Shown here one piece after another: positions 10,201 through 19,065 of a DNA stretch of 64,000 bases. The stretch is from an uncultured Gemmatimonadaceae bacterium (GTDB lineage Bacteria > Gemmatimonadota > Gemmatimonadetes > Gemmatimonadales > Gemmatimonadaceae). The notes under the pieces are model-generated. The model ran no database searches and had not been told where the DNA came from. It was given only the letters and a program-made list of their open reading frames with translations. The stretch covers positions 128,001-192,000 of the forward strand of contig CAVXGK010000001.1 in the NCBI GenBank assembly GCA_963761305.1, in the 5' to 3' direction. Every line of letters starts with the position of its first letter. Position 1 is the stretch's first letter. The translations under genes and the position numbers were made by a program.

Positions 10201-10715
10201 AAAATCGCCAGCATGCCGTCGTTGAAGTTCGGTACCGCGAAGGCCAACGCGACGGCCGCCATCGTCGCCGCGCCGGTCGCTTGCGCCGCGCCGCGTCGCA
10301 CGAGGCGTCGTTCACCGACGGCGAGCTTGCCGGCGTGGGAGCCGAGTCGTTCGCTCAGCGCCGACGCGGCCTTTCGTCCGAGCGCGCCGGAGTTCGCGAC
10401 TTCGATCACGCCGCGTAGCGAGCCGGCGCGAAGCAACTGCTCGCGTTCGATCGCCGCGGCGACGCTCTGTCGCGTCGCCTTGCGGTCGAGGCGGGCGATC
10501 GTCCACGCGACGACGGCCACGTCGGCGATCAATACGACCAACCAGATCACGAACGGCGTTCCACGCGGAAGCGCGATCCATCGCGCGCTGCCGAGCGCCG
10601 ACGCGCCGACGGCGAGCAACACGCACGTCGCGCCGACAGCGAGGGCTGCGCCGGCCAGGACGTAGAGCCGTCGCAGCCGTGCCCGCTCGCGATCGACGAG
10701 CTCGACGACGGTCAC
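7182..10715 (-). CDS. DUF4175-like membrane-anchored protein (TM segments, Ig-like domains, long Gln-rich coiled coil)
   Basis: GTG 10715 overlaps the DUF4159 stop; N-terminal TM helices; YPSYL, VVPDSAPRV, ATDDHGL, PGDALHVKFVATDN; C-terminal ILEYFKRIN. Confidence 0.8.
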   Translation of the reverse strand: MTVVELVDRERARLRRLYVLAGAALAVGATCVLLAVGASALGSARWIALPRGTPFVIWLVVLIADVAVVAWTIARLDRKATRQSVAAAIEREQLLRAGSLRGVIEVANSGALGRKAASALSERLGSHAGKLAVGERRLVRRGAAQATGAATMAAVALAFAVPNFNDGMLAILNPVSAWNGTLLPKIAFENLPPDVLRGETVRIRVSAARRTTVSLAQRVPGEAWRTQTLTVDPRTGVATTEVGPLRGDLSVVANDGRVSSDTGVVHVTDRPFVGAVSMRATYPSYLARPAEGLPVGEPAKVPVGTIIDVSGRASAALRSVRLAASGDTVDLNANDRMFAGRFSARHTGRYTWMAMGAAGPIADVPTPVELEVVPDSAPRVDLVAPATDTLVAGDDRITLRATATDDHGLALVEIMSWASSWVGQKAPTLERAAESAGTVWNGSTTLDLAPLHLHPGDALHVKFVATDNSPWAQRGESRELLLKIPTLEERRAIARDAMDSAVSQVRAAAQAEKSIQERTSDAARDRSRPPADAPPPSGANGKQGNMTYEAAEKAKAVAKDQRELTDQVKNLQQTAASLEQQLKQAGALDSALQRQLQEAQAMLRDALTPELLAQMQKLDNATQQLSREQAQQSLKDLQAMQQKLREQLEKSAEMLKRAALEGSMETLKDEAKDIAQKDKQLADSSNAKPSEAQKQKDEARDLADRSQRFSDEVKKLQDRLDNAKADAGANGAKEAKQHADASQDAMRQAAGDQRQSGDKNSQAQQAQAQQTQAQKDSARTSQQQQTGSNGQQQQQTGSSGQQQQQTGSSGQPQSGQNGQQNGQQNGQQNGQQNGQKSGAMSQNAQEAASQMERAADAMKQARDAQVGEWKSELTNALDQSIQDMLQMARQEQTLEQQARSGQSKPEDLRGAQSAVKQGLDNAAQRLQQEGQKTSLLSGRSERSVSEAQQKVSEALQSTADARGSQQAASALGDASDALNRAAASLARDREKANSSSSATGFAEMMQQLQDMAKKQGSINAQAQGLLPGVGQPMSAGNQATSRALAREQRQVAQQLDELGESVGGDRAAQLAKEAKQLADALEGGRLDATTVARQQQLFRRLLDAGRSLEKEDREDTGKRQATSAKGGNEFQPDNTNANGKAAVKFHEPTWDELRGLTADERRAILEYFKRINAGNPP
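8200..8432 (-). repeat. Coding low-complexity tandem repeats: about 3x QQQQQTGS(N/S)G and about 5x (Q)QNG
   Basis: 30-nt units (ctgctgttgctgctggccgctcgatccggt-like) and 12-nt units (ctgctggccgtt-like) inside the DUF4175-like ORF. Confidence 0.9.
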
Positions 10716-11401
10716 GGCGTAGGCCGGCTGGTGACGGCGTACACGAACAGGTTCACGCCCATGCGCAGTGCGGCCTCGTGCAGTTCCGGCGGATCGTGAT
10801 AGACCTCGGGATCTTCCCATCCGTTCCCGAGATCGCTGGAGAAGCTGTAATACACCGCGAGCCGGTCACCAAGGAAGATGCCGAACCCGCGCGCGGGGAG
10901 CCCGTCGTGCTCGTGAATCTTGGGGATCCCCTTCGGAAAATCATAGACGATGTGGTAGATCGGATGCGTCAGCGGAACGTCCACCAGCGGGCGGTCGGGA
11001 AAGACCCGCTTGATCTCGCGGCGGAAGCTTTCATCCAATCCATAGTTGTCGTCGACGTGGAGGAAGCCGCCCTTCGCGAGGTAGTCGCGCAGGCGCACGA
11101 TCTCGGCGTCGCTGAAGTGGATGTTGCCGTGCCCCGTGACGTGGATGAACGGATAGTCCCAGAGCTTGTCGTCCATCAGCGTGACGCGCGCTTCGGTCTT
11201 GTCCACCTGGAGCGACGTGCGCTGGCGGATGGCCGCGAGCAGGTTGGGCAGACTCGATGGGTTCGCGTACCAGTCGCCGCCGCCGTCGTACTGCAGCCGG
11301 GCGATGGTGAGCGTGGGCGGCGCCGTGCGCGCGCCTCCGGCCAACGGCAAGAGAGCCGCGAGCGCCACCGTGCGAAATCGACGCAACGTGCCGAAAGTCA
11401 T
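10712..11401 (-). CDS. DUF4159 domain protein (secreted)
   Basis: IARLQYDGGGDWY, YPFIHVTGHG, LRDYLAKGGFLHVDDNYG, HPIYH, DLGNGWED, ALRMGVN. Confidence 0.9.
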   Translation of the reverse strand: MTFGTLRRFRTVALAALLPLAGGARTAPPTLTIARLQYDGGGDWYANPSSLPNLLAAIRQRTSLQVDKTEARVTLMDDKLWDYPFIHVTGHGNIHFSDAEIVRLRDYLAKGGFLHVDDNYGLDESFRREIKRVFPDRPLVDVPLTHPIYHIVYDFPKGIPKIHEHDGLPARGFGIFLGDRLAVYYSFSSDLGNGWEDPEVYHDPPELHEAALRMGVNLFVYAVTSRPTP

Positions 11402-12246
11402 TCGCTTGTCTCTTTTTCCTCACGAGCGAGACGATACGCGACGCGCTTCGATACACCCAGCTCCGCGGCGACACGCGCCGACGCATCGCGGGCACTCAGT
11501 CCGGCAGCGCGGAGCGACCGCACTCTCGCCGCCACATCCTCCTCGCTGGCCGCGCGCTCTTCCGCTCCGCCGACGACGAGCACCACTTCCCCGCGCACAG
11601 GGCGTTCCTGATAGTACGCGCGGAGCTCGGTCACCGTTCCTCTCCGGATGTTCTCGAATTGTTTGGTCATTTCGCGGGCCACGACGGCGGGCCGGGGCCC
11701 GCCACCCAGCCCCTCGAGCTCGGCAAGCGTATCCACAAGCCGGTTTGGAGATTCGTACACCACAACCGTGTGTGGAGACGAAGAAATCTCGTCGAGCGCG
11801 GCGCGACGGTCGCGGCCAGTTCGCGGCACGAAGCCGAGGAACAGAAACCGCTCGGCGTCGAGACCCGACGCGACGAGCGCCGCGAGAGCCGCCGACGGGC
11901 CGGGAACGGGGACGACGACGATGCCCGCGTCGATCGCCGCGCGCACGAGCCGCGCGCCGGGATCGGACACGAGCGGCGTGCCGGCGTCGGACACGAGCGC
12001 GAGCGACTCGCCGGCGAGCAGCCGCTCGACCAATCGTGGGGTCGTCTTCGCCTCGTTGTGCTCGTGGTACGACGCCATCGGCGTATGGATGTCGTAACGG
12101 TCGAGCAGATGACGCGAATGCCGCGTGTCTTCGGCGAGCACGAGGGCCACCGACTTGAGCACGTCGACCGCGCGAAAAGAAAAATCCCCCATGTTGCCGA
12201 TGGGGGTGCTGACGACGTACAGGGCGCCCGGCTCCGTTGGAGTCAC
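11398..12246 (-). CDS. rsmI: 16S rRNA (cytidine1402-2'-O)-methyltransferase
   Basis: LYVVSTPIGN, AEDTRHS, ALVSDAGTPLVSDPG, VPGPSA, YESPNRL, REMTKQFE. Confidence 0.95.
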   Translation of the reverse strand: MTPTEPGALYVVSTPIGNMGDFSFRAVDVLKSVALVLAEDTRHSRHLLDRYDIHTPMASYHEHNEAKTTPRLVERLLAGESLALVSDAGTPLVSDPGARLVRAAIDAGIVVVPVPGPSAALAALVASGLDAERFLFLGFVPRTGRDRRAALDEISSSPHTVVVYESPNRLVDTLAELEGLGGGPRPAVVAREMTKQFENIRRGTVTELRAYYQERPVRGEVVLVVGGAEERAASEEDVAARVRSLRAAGLSARDASARVAAELGVSKRVAYRLAREEKETSE

Positions 12247-13218
12247 ACGACCTTCCAGGGCATCTGATCGAACAACCCGGCCGACTGAAAGATGTGCCGG
12301 CGCTCGTAGGTCAGCTCGCGGAACAAGCCCTCGGGCGGCGCGTCGTCCGCGCCCTTGGCCGTCCACAGCACTTCACGAATCCACGCCGCGATGCCCGACG
12401 TGAGCGCCGGCGTGTCGGCAACGGGATCGCTCGCCGCGCGCTCGGTCACGGAGAATGACTTCGAGGACCGGATGGCTCGCGGCGAGCATCACGCGCGCGC
12501 GTTCGGCGAGCTGCGGCGCGTCCTCGTGTCCGCCCTCGGCGATGCGCTTGACCAGCGTGCAGACGAGATCGCGATACGCCTGGACGAGCGCATGCGGCGC
12601 CTGCACCGGCAGCGGCGCCGGCAGCGGCCACCGCGTAACGCGCAGATCGCCGACGCGCCCCTCTCGGCTGAAGAGCTTCGCCACGCGGTCGATCACCGTG
12701 CCGAGCGCGGCGTTCGTGAGAAACGCCTTGGCGATGCTGCCGTTCTTGAGCACGAGATAGTTCACGTGATCGTTGGCGACGATCTCGATGAACCCGTCGA
12801 AGGTCGTGGAGGCGAGATAGGGAAACAGGACCTTCGCGTCGGCGGCGTTCATTCCCGTCGGCCACGGCTCCGGCGCCGTCGTCTCGGCGGCGAAAATGCA
12901 CGCCAGCTCGTCCGGCGACGCTTCGTGAAAGCAGCACTCGCCGTACTCGGGCTCGTGCGGAACCTTCTCGAGCGCGCTGGCGATGGCGATGGCGCGGGAG
13001 CCGCGCGGGTCGCGCACGCTCGCGTTGGCGACCTCGCCGTTCAACAAATAGAAGAGAACGAGCTCGTCGAGCAGCGACACGGCGACGTACCCGGAGATCC
13101 GGGCCGCGCGGTCACGCTTGGCGTCGGTGAGCAGATTGCGGAGGTGGACGTAGGCAAGCCGCGTTCGCGCGAGCAGAACGCGGCTGTGCGGAAACTGAAG
13201 GGCTGCGGGCGTCGGCAT
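12243..13218 (-). CDS. Hypothetical protein with two PATAN/DUF4388-like repeats; one frameshift near 12460
   Basis: ATG 13218 (MPTPAALQFP). The frame runs to HPVL, and protein-like sequence continues in the +1 frame (KSFSVTERAASDPVAD...WKVV*), ending with a GTGA overlap onto rsmI. Confidence 0.65.
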
Positions 13219-13238
13219 TGGCGCGCGCGGCCCCGTTC

Positions 13239-13568
13239 TTACGCCGCTGAGTGTTGGAGCAGCTTGGCCTCGATGAATTCGCGGCGCACGGCGCCGATGA
13301 TCTGATCGACGACCTTCCCTTCCTTGAAGAACAGTAGCGTCGGAATCGACCGCACGTTGAATCGCGCGCTCGTTCTGACGTTGGCGTCGGTATCGAGCTT
13401 GGTGACCTTCACCTTGCCCTCGTACTCGGTCGCGAGCTGGTCGAGGATCGGCGCGATCATGCGGCACGGGCCGCACCACGTGGCCCAGAAGTCGACGATG
13501 GCCAAGCCACTGTGCTTCTCGACCTCGGCCTCGAACGTGGCGTCGGTAACGTGCATGACGTTCGACAT
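13239..13568 (-). CDS. trxA: Thioredoxin
   Basis: VDFWATWCGPCRMIAP, RSIPTLLFFKEG; GAGGA SD before ATG 13568. Confidence 0.97.
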   Translation of the reverse strand: MSNVMHVTDATFEAEVEKHSGLAIVDFWATWCGPCRMIAPILDQLATEYEGKVKVTKLDTDANVRTSARFNVRSIPTLLFFKEGKVVDQIIGAVRREFIEAKLLQHSAA

Positions 13569-13674
13569 GGGATTCCTCAAAAATGATTCGCTCGGGCGCC
13601 CGGATGCTGCGCCGGAGATGGTTGGGCGGGCGAAAACTGACGCGTCCTCGATCCGCTGCCTATAGCTTAATCAC

Positions 13675-14100
13675 ATGGAAAAGGCTCCGAACAGCGCGAA
13701 CGCACGCGGCGGCGCTGTGATCGCGCACATCGGCATCGCCGTTCGCGGCCTCGACGCGAGCGTCTCGTTCTACCGCGACGTGTTGGGCATGCCCGAAGTC
13801 CCGCTCGCCGATTCCGACGGCGCCAACATCGTCGGCTTCGCGGCCGGCGAATCGCTCGTCGAGCTGCTGGAGCCGGCGGCCGATGACTCGCCGATCGGAA
13901 AATTCGTCGCCAAGCGCGGCAGCGGATTGCATCACGTCTGCTTCGCCGTGCCCGATCTCGATGGCGCGCTCGCGCGCTGCCGGGAGTTCGGCGTCCGCCT
14001 CATCGACGAGACGCCGCGCATGGGCGCCGAGGGCAAGCGCATCGCCTTCCTGCACCCGTCATCCACGTCCGGGGTGCTGGTCGAGCTGACCGAGCGTTGA
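13675..14100 (+). CDS. mce: Methylmalonyl-CoA epimerase (VOC family)
   Basis: HIGIAV, VELLEP, GLHHVCFAV, GAEGKRIAFLHP, GVLVELTE. Confidence 0.9.
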   Translation: MEKAPNSANARGGAVIAHIGIAVRGLDASVSFYRDVLGMPEVPLADSDGANIVGFAAGESLVELLEPAADDSPIGKFVAKRGSGLHHVCFAVPDLDGALARCREFGVRLIDETPRMGAEGKRIAFLHPSSTSGVLVELTER

Positions 14101-14132
14101 CCGGCGCCGCCAGGCGCCGGGTCGCCGGCGCA

Positions 14133-14616
14133 TCACGCGACGCAGATCGAGTGCAGCGGCTGCAGGTCCACGGACTGCACGAACCAGCGATGGTCGGGTC
14201 CGGGCACGACGGTCAGGTGGGTGGTGTTCTGCGAGTTCGTGATACACGACGTTCACCACCATGTCGCGCGTGCCACTCTCGCTCGGCGCCTCGCCGAGCA
14301 CGTCGTACCGATCGTGCTTGAGACACTTGAGCATGATCAGCTCACGCTTCTCGAGCTCCTCGCGCGGGATGGCGTTGCGCGTCGGTCCGTTCGCTGATCC
14401 CCACCACAGGGACAGCGACTGAATGCTCTGAACCTTCGCCGCGGCCATGAAGCCGCGCACGGCGCTCGTCGCGTCGGCGCCGCCCGGCGCGCCGGTTGGG
14501 GCGCTGGTTGCGGCGCTGGCTGGAGCGCTGGCCATCAGCCCCGGAGCAGGTGTCGGAGCCGACGCGCATGCAGCGAGCGCCACGAACGCGAAACCCATCG
14601 TGATTACTTTCTTCAC
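14133..14616 (-). CDS. Hypothetical lipoprotein; frameshift near 14232
   Basis: GTG 14616, lipobox LAAC. After VVYHEL the coherent C-terminus (QNTTHLTVVPGPDHRWFVQSVDLQPLHSICVA*) lies in the +1 frame. Confidence 0.65.
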
Positions 14617-14658
14617 ACGAACCCCCTGTGACCAAAGACCAGCGACCCGTTTCCTGAG

Positions 14659-15384
14659 ATGCATCAGCGTCTCTACATCAACGTCGACCACATCGCGACG
14701 CTGCGCCAAGCGCGTCGCTCGATCTTTCCGGACCCCGTCGAGGGCGCCGTGGCGTGCGAGCTCGCCGGCGCCGACGGCATCACCGCCCACCTCCGCGAGG
14801 ACCGCCGTCACATTCAGGACGACGACGTGCACCGTCTCGCCACAACCGTCACCACGGTGTTCAACCTGGAGATGGCGTGCACCGACGAGATGCTCGCCAT
14901 CGCCGAGCGGCTCCGGCCGCACCAGGTGACGCTCGTCCCTGAGCGCCGCGAGGAAATCACGACGGAAGGTGGTCTCGACGTCCGCCGGGAGAAGGACCGA
15001 ATCGCCGCCGGCGTGGCGCGGTTGAACGCCGCCGGCATTCGCACGAGTCTGTTCATCGCCCCGGACCGCGAGACCGTGGACGCGTCGCGTGCCGCCGGCG
15101 CGGCGGCCATCGAGCTGCACACCGGCGCCTATTCCCATCGCGCGGACGACCCCGCGAAACTGCACGCGCTCCGTGACGCCTCGGCTCACGGGGCGTCGAT
15201 TGGGTTGGCAGTGCATGCAGGACACGGATTGACGACGGCGAATGTGCGGCCCGTCGCAGCGATTCCGGAGATCGAAGAGCTGAATATCGGTCACTGGGTC
15301 ATCAGCCGTGCCATCTTCACCGGTTTGGCGGAAGCGGTTCGTGAGCTGCGCGCGGCGATGGACTCCGCTCGAGCACCTTTCTAG
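14659..15384 (+). CDS. pdxJ: Pyridoxine 5'-phosphate synthase
   Basis: NVDHIATLRQAR, GITAHLREDRRHI, TTEGGLD, IELHTG, VHAGHGL, ELNIGH. Confidence 0.97.
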   Translation: MHQRLYINVDHIATLRQARRSIFPDPVEGAVACELAGADGITAHLREDRRHIQDDDVHRLATTVTTVFNLEMACTDEMLAIAERLRPHQVTLVPERREEITTEGGLDVRREKDRIAAGVARLNAAGIRTSLFIAPDRETVDASRAAGAAAIELHTGAYSHRADDPAKLHALRDASAHGASIGLAVHAGHGLTTANVRPVAAIPEIEELNIGHWVISRAIFTGLAEAVRELRAAMDSARAPF

Positions 15385-15429
15385 CTTGCTGGCGCTCGGG
15401 CGAAGGCAATCGGATCACTCGGAGGACGG

Positions 15430-16968
15430 ATGACCGCACCTGCGGGTTTTCTCGAGTTTTTCATCCTGGAAGCGAGCGAATACGTCGAGCAGCTCGACGG
15501 TCTTCTGCTCGGCGCCGGCGCGTCCGGCCCGGACAGCGCCGCGTTCCAGCGAACGGCGCGCGCGCTCCGCGGTACGGCGACGATGGCGCGTCTCGCGCCT
15601 TTCGCCGAAGTCGCGGCGGCGCTGGAGCGAGTTGGCCGTGTGCTGCAGGAGGGCGCGCTGCGCTGGGAGCCGGCGCTCCGCGGTGCTCTCGTCGCGGCGG
15701 TCGACGACCTGAAGGTCCTGCTGCACGCGGTGCGCGCCTGGTCCCCGAGCGAAGACTCGCGTGCCCGCGCTCGCGCGGCGGAGCTGTCGAAATTCCTGCC
15801 GGGAGCGGCCAGCCCGGCGCCGGCACCCGCCGCCACGGCGACGGCCGCGCCCTTCCTCGCCGGCGAGGCGGCCAACATCGCGGCTGGGCTCGAGCTGCTC
15901 ACGACCCGCCCGGGCGACATCACGACGGCGGCGAACGTCCTCAAACGCGTCCGGGCGCTGCGTGGCGTCGCCGGCGTGGCGAGCGTCGCGTCGCTGGCCG
16001 ACGCGCTCGAAGCGACGGAGGACGCGGCGCGCGGACTCGAAACCGGCAACGAAGGCATGACGCCCCAAGCACGCGCGCTGCTGGAAGCTTCGGCGGCGCA
16101 CCTGCGAACGCTGTCCGCCGTGATGCGCGGTGGCGGCGACGTGAACGGCCCCGGTCCCACACGCGACGCCTTCAACACGGCGCTCGAGGCGTGGAATTCG
16201 AGCACGAGCGAGCGCGAGCGCGTCGTTCCGATCGCGCAGCTGTTCTACGGTGACAGCGAAGGCTTGGTCGAGACGGCGGCCGCGCCGCCCACGTCGGCGG
16301 CCGAACGATTCCGGCTCGAGCTGGTGAGTCAGGGCGAGCATCTGCGCGAGGTCGTCGCGTCGGCGCGCCAGGCGAGAGATTCGACGTCCATCTCGCGCGC
16401 CCAGCGCGACCTTCGGCGCGCGATGCGCGCGCTGCAAGCCGCCGCCGAGAGCTTCGGGGAGAGCGACGTCGCGACGCTCATCGCGCAGCGGATGGACTCG
16501 TTGAGCCACCTCGATCCACGCTCGTTCCAGATCGACGCGCACGTGTTGGACGACCTGAATTCCGTCGCCGCGGCGCTCACCGATGCCACCGCGCCCAGCA
16601 TGGATCTGCGGACGCGGCTGCGGGCGATCGCCGCGAAGACGGCCGCGCGCATGCCGACGCCTCCGCGTCCCGCGCCAACCCCCGCTCGGCCCGTCGAGCC
16701 GGCGCGCATGCGCACACCGGCCCGGATTGCCGCGCTGCTCGACTCGAGCATCCTGGCAATCGAGTCGTTGAGCGGGCAGCCGCTCGCCCGCGCCGTGGAG
16801 ATTCCTGAAGACGCGCTGGTGCCGATCGACTCGCTGCTCTACCGCGGACGCGCCGCGCTCGACCGCGCGCTCGAGATTCGCGACGAGCTCAAGCGATCGG
16901 GCAAGCCGGCCGACAAGTCGTCCCTCGACGAGCTGTTCGAGCTGATCGACCTCGCGCGCTCGGAGTAG
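15430..16968 (+). CDS. Protein with three tandem Hpt-like domains lacking the phospho-His
   Basis: GGAGG SD; FLEFFILEASEYVEQLD resembles the start of CheA P1; three RAL[RQ][GA] motifs where Hpt has H[ST][IL]KG. Confidence 0.75.
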   Translation: MTAPAGFLEFFILEASEYVEQLDGLLLGAGASGPDSAAFQRTARALRGTATMARLAPFAEVAAALERVGRVLQEGALRWEPALRGALVAAVDDLKVLLHAVRAWSPSEDSRARARAAELSKFLPGAASPAPAPAATATAAPFLAGEAANIAAGLELLTTRPGDITTAANVLKRVRALRGVAGVASVASLADALEATEDAARGLETGNEGMTPQARALLEASAAHLRTLSAVMRGGGDVNGPGPTRDAFNTALEAWNSSTSERERVVPIAQLFYGDSEGLVETAAAPPTSAAERFRLELVSQGEHLREVVASARQARDSTSISRAQRDLRRAMRALQAAAESFGESDVATLIAQRMDSLSHLDPRSFQIDAHVLDDLNSVAAALTDATAPSMDLRTRLRAIAAKTAARMPTPPRPAPTPARPVEPARMRTPARIAALLDSSILAIESLSGQPLARAVEIPEDALVPIDSLLYRGRAALDRALEIRDELKRSGKPADKSSLDELFELIDLARSE

Positions 16969-16973
16969 CCCGA

Positions 16974-17989
16974 ATGAAGTTCGGCTGGCGCGGCGCACTG
17001 GGAATCCTCGTCAGCGTCGCGTTTCTCTACTTCGCGTTCCGCAACCTGGACTGGTCGCGCGCGCGAGAGATGGCGCGCCACGCGGACTACGGACTGTTGA
17101 TCCTCAGCGCGGCGGTCGCCACCTGCATGTTTCCGCTGCGCGCGCGACGGTGGCGAACGATTCTCGATCCGGTTGCGCCGAAACTGCCGTTCGGCCCACT
17201 CTGGCGGTCCACCGCCATCGGCGTGATGGTGACGAACGTGATCCCGCTGCGTGCCGGCGAGCTCGCGCGGCCGCTCGCGCTCACGCGGCAGGTGCCGTCG
17301 GTGAGCTTTTCCACGGCGCTCGCCTCCGTTGCCGTGGACCGCGTGTTCGACGGGATCGTGGTCATGGTGCTCCTCGCCGTGGGAGTGGCGATCGCGCACT
17401 TCCCGACCAGTACGACGATCGCCGGCTACTCGCTCGCCCACGCGGCGGGATTCGTCGTGCTCGGCGCGCTCGCGTTGCTCGTCGCCTTTTACATCCTCGT
17501 CTTCTTTCCGAAAACGCTCATTCGAGCGTTCGAGCTCGTCGCGCGACGCGTCTCGCCGACGATCGAACGGCGCGGCGCCGAGATGCTGGCGCGCTTCTCC
17601 GAAGGGACTGAGCGTCCTCACGCACGCCGGGACATTTCATCGCCGTGTTCGGATGGACGCTCGCGCACTGGCTCGTCCAACCGCTCGCCTTCTGGCTCGC
17701 GTTCCGCGCCGTCGGCGTGAACGTGCCGCTCGCCGCCACGCTCATCGTGCAGGGCGTGATCGTGATTCTCGTGGCGCTGCCGTCGGCACCTGGGTTCTTC
17801 GGCGCGTTCGAAGCCGGCGCCGCGATCGGCCTTTCACTCTACGGCGTGGGCCAGTCGGAGGCCGCGACGTGGGCGCTCCTCTTCCACATCGCGTCGTACA
17901 TTCCGATCACGCTGATCGGCGGGTACTACGCGCTGCAACTCGGGTTCTCGCTCGGCGACATGCGCGCGCCGCCGTCCGACTCGACTTGA
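16974..17989 (+). CDS. Lysylphosphatidylglycerol synthase TM-region (UPF0104/flippase-like) membrane protein; two +1 frameshifts near 17605 and 17629
   Basis: LRARRWRTIL, NVIPLRAGELARP, VDRVFDG, LPSAPGFFGAFE. One extra G in each of gaaGGGactg and gccGGGacat joins three frames. Confidence 0.85.
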
Positions 17990-18871
17990 CCGCCACCGCG
18001 CGCGTCGCCGCGCAGGCCAAGGTCAATCTCTTTCTCGACGTCGGCGCGCGGGACGCGACCGGCTATCACGCGCTCGAGACCGCGTTTCTGCGCATCGATC
18101 TCGCCGACGACGTCACGGTGCGTGAAGCGCCGGGCCGAACGCTCGACGTGAGCGGCCCCGCGCTCCCCGCCGCCGGCCTGGGCCCAACAGAAGAAGAACC
18201 TCGCGTATCGCGCCGCCGCGGCGTACAGCGAGGCGGCCGGATGGCCCTCCGGGTTCGCGATCGAGCTGATCAAGCGAATTCCGGCCGGCGCGGGGCTCGG
18301 CGGCGGCAGTGCCGACGCGGGTGCGGTCCTTCGCGCCCTCGACGCGCTGTCGCCCCGCCCACTGGGCCCGCGACTCGTTGAGCTCGCGGCTACGCTCGGC
18401 GCCGACGTGCCGTTCATGACGATCGAGGATCCGATGGCGCTGGCATTCGGACGTGGCGACCGGCTCAAGCCCGTGCCCGCGCTCGAGCCACGCGTCATCG
18501 TTCTCGCCGTGCCGCCGTTCGCCATCGGGACGGCAGACGCCTACGCGTGGCTCGACGCGGATCGCGCGGCACAGCCTGACGCGAGGCGGCCGCGCACGGC
18601 TGAGCCTTTGGCGACCTGGGACGACGCGGCCGCGGCGGCGCGCAACGACTTCGCGGCGGTGGTCGCTCGTCGTCATCCCGAGATCGGCGCCATGCGCGAG
18701 GGTTTTCGCGCGGCCGGAGCGGCGATTGCACTGCTCGCCGGCTCGGGATCCACGGTTTTCGGCATTTTCGGCGCGGCGCCGGCCGTCTCTTCGATGAAGG
18801 TCGGCGACAACGTTCGCATGATCAGCACGTGGACGAGCGATCGAGTTGAACGGGTGACCGTGGAACAGTAG
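17986..18871 (+). CDS. ispE: 4-(cytidine 5'-diphospho)-2-C-methyl-D-erythritol kinase; +1 frameshift near 18192
   Basis: AQAKVNLFL, GYHALET, then in the next frame KNLAYRAA, KRIPAGAGLGGGSADA, LGADVPF, LAGSGSTVFG. Confidence 0.92.
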
Positions 18872-18885
18872 CTTTAAAGGCTCGC

Positions 18886-18956
18886 TGCCCCCTCGTCCAA
18901 TGGCAGGACATCGGACTTTGGATCCGAGAATGGTGGTTCGAATCCACCGGGGGCAA
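18886..18956 (+). tRNA. tRNA-Gln (anticodon UUG), CCA not encoded
   Basis: Acceptor stem TGCCCCC/GGGGGCA; D-arm GTCC-AATGGCA-GGAC; anticodon arm TCGGA-CTTTGGA-TCCGA; T-arm GGTGG-TTCGAAT-CCACC. Usual ispE-tRNA-Gln-prs context. Confidence 0.97.
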
Positions 18957-19065
18957 TGACGCGAGCTCTGCGGCAAGGAAATGGATGCGCTCCGCGTCCG
19001 CCTCCGCATAAGCTTTCCGCGAACCCGCTCGTCCGATGCTCACCGCCCAAGCCCCCGCGCCGCGC

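Noticed and set aside
17600..18200. Programmed ribosomal frameshifting in the flippase-like gene or ispE
   Set aside because: No canonical slippery heptamer or stimulatory element. Two shifts within 25 nt in G runs point to indel errors.
18886..18956. tRNA-Gln as an integration site for an island
   Set aside because: No integrase, and I saw no duplicated tRNA 3' end; the conserved ispE-tRNA-prs order is intact.
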